NCBI GenBank assembly: GCA_002269645.1
Contig: NIVC01002644.1
Span: forward strand, 63,726 to 100,483
Direction: 5' to 3'
From: Macrostomum lignano
Taxonomy: Eukaryota
DNA: 36,758 nucleotides
Below are positions 27,148-36,758 of this stretch, piece by piece (positions within the stretch are counted from its first letter, which is position 1; each line of letters opens with the position of its first letter). The notes below the pieces were generated by a model. That model ran no database searches. It was not told the origin of the DNA and was given only the letters and a program-made list of their open reading frames with translations. Both the position numbers and the translations under genes were made by a program.

Positions 27148-30100
27148 TCCTATATACTAAAAATGAGTTGTCTGTATGTGGGTAGGTATGCGATAGATTT
27201 CAGAAAAAATGGCTCAACCAATTTTCTTCAAACCTGCACCATTTGATCAGAAATTTTCCTGGGACGGTACATGCATCTTGGCTAAGAAATTGCTCAATGT
27301 TAAAGGGATTAAATATTCGAAAAACCTGCTTTTTTGCAAAGGTCAAGCAGCTCTTTCGACCTAAAATTCATTGTAAGAATGCTAGAGAAAAAACTGACTG
27401 GCTGAATTCCGATTGTGATAAAGATTGCATCACAACAAGTTGAAAACAGTGCCGAAGAAATGCACACACGACTTGATTTAAATTGCGTAACCAATATTAC
27501 TAACTCAAATTGAGACTGATACTGGCTGACTGAGAAATTGATTATGTCATAACTTTTTACTTCAATTGACTTGCTGTAAGAATTGAATTATAAGGGCCAC
27601 AATTCACGTTCTCCAATTGGAAAGATATAGCCAAGATGCGAACAGACTGGAATGCTAATGTAGCGACATGGGTTCGAATCTTAGTAGTGCAAAAAGATTT
27701 TTTTTATCAAAACACCTTAAAAACACAACAAAACTGCTAAACATAATAGAAGCGCAATGTCAAACAACGAAGAGCCACCATGTCGAACATTATAGAGCCA
27801 ACATTTCGAATATAAAAGAGTTACCATGTCAAACATAAAATAAGCACTATGTCAAACATATACGTGACTCCATGTTAACGATTAAAAAGCCACCATTTCA
27901 AACATAGAAGAGCCACTATGTCAAACCTAAACAAGCCACCACGTCTAACATTTAAGAGCCACCATGTCAAACATTTAAGAGCCACCATGTCAAACATTAA
28001 AGAGCCCCCATGTCAAACATTTAAGAGCCACCATGTCAAACATTTAAGAGCCACCATGTCAAACATATATGTGACTTTATGTCAAACTTTAAAGAGCCAC
28101 CATTTCGAACAACAAATAGCCACTTTGTCGAAAATTAAAGAGCCACCGTGTCAAACATAGAAGAGCCACCATGTTAAACATAGAAGAGCCACCATGTCAG
28201 ACATTAAAAAGCCACCGTATCAAACATAAAAGAGTTACCATGTAGAACAAAAAACAGCCACCATGTCGAACATAAAAGAGCCAACATGTAGAATATTAAA
28301 GAGCCACCATGAAGAACATTAAAGAGCCACCATGAAGAACATTAAAGAGCCACCATGTCAAACATAAAAGAGCCACCATGTCAGACATTAAAAAGCCACC
28401 GTATCAAACATAAAAGAGTTACCATGTAGAACATTAAAGAGCCACCATGTCAAACATTAAAGAGCCACCATGTCAAACATAAAAGAGCCACCATGTCAAA
28501 CATAAAAGTGCCACCATGTCAAACTTCAAAGAGCCACCATGGCGAACATTAAAAAGCCACCATGTCAAACATAAAAGTGCCACCATGTCAAACATTAAAG
28601 AGCCACCATGTCGAACATTAAAGAGCCACCATGTCAAACACTAAAGAGCCACCATGGCGAACATTAAAGAGCCACCATGTCAAAAATAAAGAGCCACCAT
28701 GTCTAACATTATAGAGCCACCATGTCGAACATTAAAGAGCCATCATTACAATAAGGTGCCACCAGGTCAAACATGAAAGAGCCACCATGTCTAACATTTA
28801 CGAGTCACCATGTCTAACATTTTCGAGTCACCATGTCAAACATTAAAGAGCCATCATGTCAAACATTAAAGAGCTACCATGTCAAACATTAAAGAGCCAC
28901 CATGTCAAACATTAAAGAGCCACTATCTCAAACATAAAAGAGCCACCATGTCAAACATATATGTGACTCCATGTCAAACAGTAAAGAGCCACCATGTCAA
29001 GCAAAAAAGAGCCACCATGTCGAACATAAAAGGACCACCATGTCAAACATTAAAGAGGCTCCATGTCGAACATTAAAAAGCCACCATGTCGAACATTAAA
29101 GAGCCACCATGTAAAAATTAAACAGCCACCATGTCTAACATTAAAGAGCCACCATGTGGAACATTAAAGAGGCACCATGTCGAACATTATAGAGCCACCA
29201 TGTCGAACATTAAAGAGCCAGCATGTCAAATATTAAAGAGCCACCATTTCAAACATTAAAGAGCCACCATGTCTAACATTAACGAGTCACCATGTCAAGT
29301 ATATTCGTGACTCCATGTCAAGCATCAAATAGCCATCATACCAAACATTAAGGAGCCAAAAATAAAATGTCGAAAATAAAAAATCCACCATGTAGAACAT
29401 TAAAGAGCCATCATGTCAAACATAAAAGACAAACAATTTCAAACGTAAAAGTAAGCGTCATGCCAATTTTAAAGGAGCCACTATAGAGCTAAGGAAATTG
29501 TTGCACAAGCTACTTTTTGTCTGGTGGATGCTTACTACTTGGGGATGCTTGCTATCTGGGGGATGCTTGCTATCCGGGAGGGGGGATGCTTCCTATCTGG
29601 GGGATGCTTGTTATCCGGGGGATGCTTGCTATCTGGGGGATGCTTGCTATCTGGGGGATGCTTGCTATCTGGGGGAATATTAAAGAGCCACCATGTCGAG
29701 CATAAAAGAGCCACCATGCCAAACATAAAAGAGCCACCATGTCAAACATTAAAGAGACACCATGTCAGACATTAAAAAAACCGAATCAAACATAAAAGAG
29801 CTACCATGTAGAACATAAAGGAGCCAAAAGAGCCACAAACATAAAAGAGCCACCATCTCAAACATATGTGACTCCATGTCAAACATAAAAGAGCCATCAT
29901 GTCAAACACTAAAGAGCCACCATGTCGAACATTAAAGAACCATCATGTCTAACATTAAAGAGCTACCATGTCAAACACTAAAGAGCCACCATGTCGAACA
30001 TCAAAGAGCCACCATGTCAAACATAAAAGAGACACCATTTTGAAAATTAAAGAGCAACCATGTCAAACATTAAAGAGACACCATGTCAGACATTAAAAAA

Positions 30101-31184
30101 ACCCCGATTCAAACATAAAAGAGCTACCATGTAGAAGATAAAAGAGCCCCATGTCAAACATTAAAGAGCCACCATGTCAAACATAAAATATACACAATTT
30201 CAAACTTAAAAGTAAGCGTCATGCCAATTTTAAAGGAGCCACTATAGAGCTAAGGAAATTGTTGCACTAGCTACTTATTGTCTGATAGATGCTTACTATT
30301 TGGGGATGCTTGCTATCTGGGAGGGGGGATGCTTCCTATTTGGGGGATGCTTGCTATCTGGGGGATGCTTGCTATCTGGGGGATGCTTGCTATCTGGGGG
30401 ATGCTTGCTATCTGGGGGAATATTAAAGAGTCACTATGTCGAGCATTAAGGAGCCACCATGTCAACCATAGAAGAGCCACCATGTCGAACATAAAAAAGC
30501 CACCATGTCGAACATAAAAGAGCCACCATGCCAAGCATAAAAGAGCCACCATGTCAAACATAAAAGAGCCACCATGTCAAACATAAAAGAGCCACCATGC
30601 CAAACATGAAAGAGCCACCCTGTCGAACATAAAATGCTTGCTATCTGCGGATGCTTGCTATCTGGGGGATGCTTGCTATCTATGGGATGCTTGCTATCTG
30701 GGGGATGCTTGCTATTTGGGGAATGCTTGCAATCTGGGGGATGCTTGCTATCTGGGGGATGCTTTGCTATTTGGGGGATGCTTGCTATCTGGGGGATGCT
30801 TGCTATCTGGGGATGCTTGCTATCTGGGGATGCTTGCTATTTGGGGGATGCTTGCAATCTGGGGGATGCTTGCTATCTGGGGGATGCTTTGCTATTTGGG
30901 GATGCTTGCTATCTGGGGGATGCTTGCTATCTGGGGGATGCTTGCTATCTGGGGGATGCTTGCTATCTGGGGGATGCTTGCTATTTGGGGGATGCTTGCA
31001 ATATGGGGGATGCTTGCTATCTGGGGGATGCTTGCTGTCTTGGGATGATTTCTTTTTGCATTGCACTTTATTTGAGCAGTTTGTCTGTTGTATTTGAGAA
31101 GGCTTTATCTGGCTGTCTTTTTGTTACCTGTAGAGAGCAGAGATTCTATCCAGATGTCCCCCAACGGGGGGCGAAGATTGCTAG
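27148..31184 (+). mobile_element. Complete Helitron-like unit B (4037 bp)
   Basis: A|TC 5' end, a 3' GC hairpin about 10 nt before the CTAG, no TSD and no coding capacity. Confidence 0.65.
30634..31040. repeat. 18-bp G-rich satellite (GGGGGATGCTTGCTATCT); further blocks at ~26730-26845, 29530-29675, 30290-30418, 33795-33937, 34550-34677, 34892-35300
   Basis: Period 18 (30365, 30383, 30401). It gives hexapeptide pseudo-ORFs GCLLSG, GDACYL and GMLAIW. Confidence 0.97.
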
Positions 31185-34100
31185 TCCTATATACTAAAAA
31201 TGAGTTGTCTGTATATGGGTATGCGATTGATTTCAGAAAAATTGGCTCAACCGATTTTCTTCAAACTTGCACCATTCGATCAGAAATTTTTCTGGGACGG
31301 TACATGCATCTTGGCTAAGAAATTGCTCAATTTTAAAGGGATTAATTATTCGAAAAACATGCTTTTTTGCAAAGGTCAAGCAGCTCTTTCGACCTGAAAT
31401 GCATTGTAAAAATGCTAGAGAAAAAACTGACTGACTGCATTTCAATTCTGATAAAGATTGCATCACAAAAAGATGAAAACAGTGTCGAAAAAATGCACAC
31501 AAGACTTGATTGTAATTGCGTAACCATATTGCTAACTTGAATTGAGACTGATACTGGCTGACTGAGAAATTGATTATGTCATAACTTTTTACTCTAACCG
31601 ATTTGCTATAAGAATTTAATTATAAGGGCCACAATTCAAGTTCTCCAATTGAAAAGAGATAGCCAAGATGCGAACAGACTGGACTGCAAATGTAGCGACC
31701 TGGGTTCGAATCTTAGTAGTGCAAAGAAATTTTTTATTAAAACACTTAAAAAAACACCAAATGCTAAACATAAAAACGCGCAATGCCAAACATAGAAGAG
31801 CCACCATGTTGAACATTAAATTAAGAGCCACAATGTCGAACATTAAAGAGCCACCATGTTTAACATTAAAGAGCCACCATGTCACACATAAAAGAGCCAC
31901 CATGTCAAACATAAAACAGCCACCATTTCGAAAATTAAAGAGCCACCATGTTAAACATTAAAGGGCCACCTTGTCGAATATTAAAGAGCCACCATTTCAA
32001 ACCTAAAAGAGCGACCATGTCGAACATAAAAGAGCCACCATGTCAAACATAAAAGAGCAACCATGTCAAACATAAAAAAGCCACCATGTCAAACATAAAA
32101 GAGCCAACATGAAGAACATTAAAGAGCCACCATGTCGACCATTAAAAGAGCCACCATGTCCAACATACAAGAGCCACCATGTCGAACATAGAAAAGCCAC
32201 CATGTCAAACATTAAAGAGCCACAATGTTAAACATTAAAGAGCCACCATTTCAAACCTAAAGAAGCCACCATGTCGAACATAAAAGAGCCACCATATCGA
32301 ACATAAAAGAGTCACCATGTTAAAAATTAAAGAGCCACCATGTCAAACATAAAACAGCCACCATTTCAAAAATTAAAGAGCCACCATGTCAAACATTAAA
32401 GAGCCACCATGTCAAACAAAAAAGAGCCACCATGTCAAACATAAAAGAGCCACCATGTCAAACAAATATGTGACTCTATGTCAAACAGTTAAGAGCCACC
32501 ATGTCGAACATAAAAGAACCACAATGTCGAACATAAAAGAGCCACCATGTCAAACATTAAAGAGCCACAATGTCAAACATTAAAGAGCCACCATGTGGAA
32601 CATTAAAGAAACACCATGTCAAACATTAAAGAGCCACCATGTCGAACATTAAAGAGCCACCATGTCCAACATATATGTGACTCCATGTCAAACATTAAAG
32701 AGCACTATGTCAAACATAAAAGGACCACCATGTCGAACATTAAAGAGGCACCATGTCGAACATTAAAAAGCCACCATGTCTAACATTATAGAGCCACCAT
32801 GTCGAACATTAAAGCAACCATGTCCAACATAAAAGAGCCACCATTTTGAACATTAAAGAGCCACCATGTCGAACAATAAAGAGCCACCATGTCAAACATA
32901 AAAGAGCCACCATGTCGAACATAAAAGAGCCACCATGTCGAACATAAAAGAACCACAATGTCGAACGTAAAAGAGCACCATGTCAAACATTAAAGAGCCA
33001 CAATGTCAAACATTAAAAGAGCCACCATGTCAAACATAAAACAGCCACCATGTCAAACATAAAAGAGCCACCATGTCAAACATATATGTGACTCCATGTC
33101 AAAAGTAAAGAGCCACCATGTCAAGCATAAAAGAGCCACCATGTCGAACATTAAAGAGCCACCATGTCAAACATTAAAGAGCCGCAATGTAAAACATTAA
33201 AGAGCCATCATGTCTAACATTAAAGAGCCACCATGTCGAACATTAAAGAGCCACTATGTCTAACATTAAAGAGCCACCATGTCGAACATTAAAGAGCCAC
33301 CATGTCTAACATTAAAGAGCCACCATGTCGAACATTAAAGAGCCACCATGTCGAACATTAAAGAGCCACCATGTCTAACATTAAAGAGCCACCATGTAAA
33401 ACATAAAAAAGCCACCATGTCAAACATAAAAGAGCCACCATGTCAAACATATACGTGACTCCATGTCAAACATAAAAGAGCCATCATGTCAAACATATAC
33501 GTGACTCCATGTCAAACATAAAAGAGCCACCATGTCTAACATTAACGAGTCACCATGTCAAGTATATTCGTGACTCCATGTCAAGCATCAAATAGCCATC
33601 ATACCAAACATTAAGGAGCCAAAAATAAAATGTCGAAAATAAAAAATCCACCATGTAGAACATTAAAGAGCCATCATGTCAAACATAAAAGACAAACAAT
33701 TTCAAACGTAAAAGTAAGCGTCATGCCAATTTTAAAGGAGCCACTATAGAGCTAAGGAAATTGTTGCACAAGCTACTTTTTGTCTGGTGGATGCTTACTA
33801 CTTGGGGATGCTTGCTATCTGGGGGATGCTTGCTATCCGGGAGGGGGGATGCTTCCTATCTGGGGATGCTTGTTATCCGGGGGATGCTTGCTATCTGGGG
33901 GATGCTTGCTATCTGGGGGATGCTTGCTATCTGGGGAATATTAAAGAGCCACCATGTCGAGCATAAAAGAGCCACCATGCCAAACATAAAAGAGCCACCA
34001 TGTCAAACATTAAAGAGACACCATGTCAGACATTAAAAAAACCGAATCAAACATAAAAGAGCTACCATGTAGAACATAAAGGAGCCAAAAGAGCCACAAA

Positions 34101-36758
34101 CATAAAAGAGCCACCATCTCAAACATATGTGACTCCATGTCAAACATAAAAGAGCCATCATGTCAAACACTAAAGAGCCACCATGTCGAACATTAAAGAA
34201 CCATCATGTCTAACATTAAAGAGCTACCATGTCAAACACTAAAGAGCCACCATGTCGAACATCAAAGAGCCACCATGTCAAACATAAAAGAGACACCATT
34301 TTGAAAATTAAAGAGCAACCATGTCAAACATTAAAGAGACACCATGTCAGACATTAAAAAAACCCCGATTCAAACATAAAAGAGCTACCATGTAGAAGAT
34401 AAAAGAGCCCATGTCAAACATTAAAGAGCCACCATGTCAAACATAAAATATACACAATTTCAAACTTAAAAGTAAGCGTCATGCCAATTTTAAAGGAGCC
34501 ACTATAGAGCTAAGGAAATTGTTGCACTAGCTACTTATTGTCTGATAGATGCTTACTATTTGGGGATGCTTGCTATCTGGGAGGGGGGATGCTTCCTATT
34601 TGGGGGATGCTTGCTATCTGGGGGATGCTTGCTATCTGGGGATGCTTGCTATCTGGGGGATGCTTGCTATCTGGGGAATATTAAAGAGTCACTATGTCGA
34701 GCATTAAGGAGCCACCATGTCAACCATAGAAGAGCCACCATGTCGAACATAAAAAAGCCACCATGTCGAACATAAAAGAGCCACCATGCCAAGCATAAAA
34801 GAGCCACCATGTCAAACATAAAAGAGCCACCATGTCAAACATAAAAGAGCCACCATGCCAAACATGAAAGAGCCACCCTGTCGAACATAAAATGCTTGCT
34901 ATCTGCGGGATGCTTGCTATCTGGGGGATGCTTGCTATCTATGGGATGCTTGCTATCTGGGGGATGCTTGCTATTTGGGGAATGCTTGCAATCTGGGGGA
35001 TGCTTGCTATCTGGGGGATGCTTTGCTATTTGGGGGATGCTTGCTATCTGGGGGATGCTTGCTATCTGGGGGATGCTTGCTATCTGGGGATGCTTGCTAT
35101 TTGGGGGATGCTTGCAATCTGGGGGATGCTTGCTATCTGGGGGATGCTTTGCTATTTGGGGATGCTTGCTATCTGGGGGATGCTTGCTATCTGGGGGATG
35201 CTTGCTATCTGGGGATGCTTGCTATCTGGGGGATGCTTGCTATTTGGGGGATGCTTGCAATATGGGGGATGCTTGCTATCTGGGGATGCTTGCTGTCTTG
35301 GGATGATTTCTTTTTGCATTGCACTTTATTTGAGCAGTTTGTCTGTTGTATTTGAGAAGGCTTTATCTGGCTGTCTTTTTGTTACCTGTAGAGAGCAGAG
35401 ATTCTATCCAGATGTCCCCCAACGGGCGAAGATTGTCCTATATACTAAAAATGAGTTGTCTGTATATGGGTATGCGATGATTTCAGAAAAATTGGCTCAA
35501 ACCGATTTTCTTCAAACTTGCACCATTCGATCAGAATTTTTCTGTGGACGGTACATGCATCTTGGCTAAGAAATTGCTCAATTTTAAAGGATTAATTATT
35601 CGAAAAACATGCTTTTTTGCAAAGGTCAAGCAGCTCTTTCGACCTGAAATGCATTGTAAAAATGCTTAGAGAAAAAAACTGACTGACTGCATTTCAATTC
35701 TGATAAAGATTGCATCACAAAAAGATGAAACAGTGGTCGAAAAAAATGCACACAAGACTTTGATTGTAATTGCGTAACATATTGCTACTTGAATTGAGAC
35801 TGATACTGGCTGACTGAGAAATTGATTATGTCATAACTTTTTACTCTAACCGATTTGCTATAAGAATTTAATTATAAGGGCCACAATTCAAGTTCTCCAA
35901 TTGAAAAGAGATAGCCAAGATGCGAACAGACTGGACTGCAAATGTAGGACCTGGGTCGAATCTTGTAGTGCAAAGAAATTTTTTATTAAAACACTTAAAA
36001 AAACACCAAATGCTAAACATAAAAACGCGCAATGCCAAACATAGAAGAGCCACCATGTTGAACATTAAATTAAGAGCCACAATGTCGAACATTAAAGAGC
36101 CAATGTTTAACATTAAAGAGCCACCATGTCACACATAAAAGAGCACCACCATGTCAAACATAAAACAGCCACCATTTCGAAATTAAAAGCCACCATGTTA
36201 AACATTAAAGGGCACCTTGTCGAATATTAAAGAGCCACCATTTCAAACCTAAAAGAGCGACCATGTCGAACATAAAAGAGCCACCATGTCAAACATAAAA
36301 GAGCAACCATGTCAAACATAAAAAAGCCACCATGTCAAACATAAAAGAGCCAACATGAAGACATTAAAGAGCCACCATGTCGACCATTAAAAAGCCACCA
36401 TGTCCACATACAAGAGCCACCATGTCGAACATAGAAAAGCACCATGTCAAACATTAAAGAGCCACAATGTTAAACATTAAAGAGCCACCATTTCAAACGA
36501 ATCTAAAGAAGCCACCATGTCGAACATAAAAGAGCCACCATATCGAACATAAAAGAGTCACCATGTTAAAAATTAAAGAGCCACCATGCTCAAACATAAA
36601 ACAGCCACCATTTCAAAAATTAAAGAGCCACCATGTCAAACATTAAAGAGCCACCATGTCAAACAAAAAGAGCCACCATGTCAAACATAAAAGAGCCACC
36701 ATGTCAAACAAATATGTGACTCTATGTCAAACAGTTAAGAGCCACCATGTCGAACATA

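Larger units (their letters stand above)
24116..36758 (+). repeat. Head-to-tail array of composite Helitron-like units (A 24116-26970, B 27148-31184, C 31185-35435, D 35436-end)
   Basis: Each unit has TCC(T/A)ATATACTAAAAATG plus a ~600-bp conserved block, then 23-bp satellite, 18-bp satellite and a ~130-bp conserved 3' block. The B/C junction reads CCCCCAACGGGGGG-CGAAGATTG-CTAG|TCCTATATACTAAA. Confidence 0.88.

Noticed and set aside
27918-36138. Many ORFs (MSNIKEPPCQT..., GCLLSG/GDACYL/GMLAIW repeats)
   Set aside because: All derive from the 23-bp and 18-bp satellites. They are open in several frames, and nominal copies disagree in frame.
24700-36758. CRISPR-like appearance of short regular repeats
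   Set aside because: The repeats are contiguous with no unique spacers, there are no cas genes, and the context is eukaryotic.

Overview
Eukaryotic (metazoan) genomic DNA. The minisatellite-filled introns and low-complexity proteins resemble a free-living flatworm such as Macrostomum, but that is inference only. The left half (1-18.2 kb) holds three co-oriented + strand housekeeping genes. (1) CDC23/APC8 has 5 exons, one GC-AG intron and 3 apparent frameshifts. (2) An RCBTB1/2-like RCC1+BTB gene has 6 exons; intron 1 hosts a C/D-box snoRNA, and intron 3 holds a near-intact, young Ty3/gypsy (Mag-like) LTR retrotransposon inserted antisense into a minisatellite. (3) PRKRIP1 is single-exon. Almost every intron is filled by its own tandem minisatellite. 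The 18.2-24.1 kb region is an intergenic patchwork: a MITE, tRNA-derived SINE copies, a second copy of the same snoRNA (SNORD82/U82-like, predicted 18S guide), and Helitron-like non-autonomous elements. From 24.1 kb to the end lies a head-to-tail array of 3-4.3 kb Helitron-like units (5'-TC...hairpin-CTAG-3'), each mostly made of a 23-bp and an 18-bp satellite. There is no CRISPR, rRNA or intact tRNA, and most ORF-track entries are repeat artefacts.
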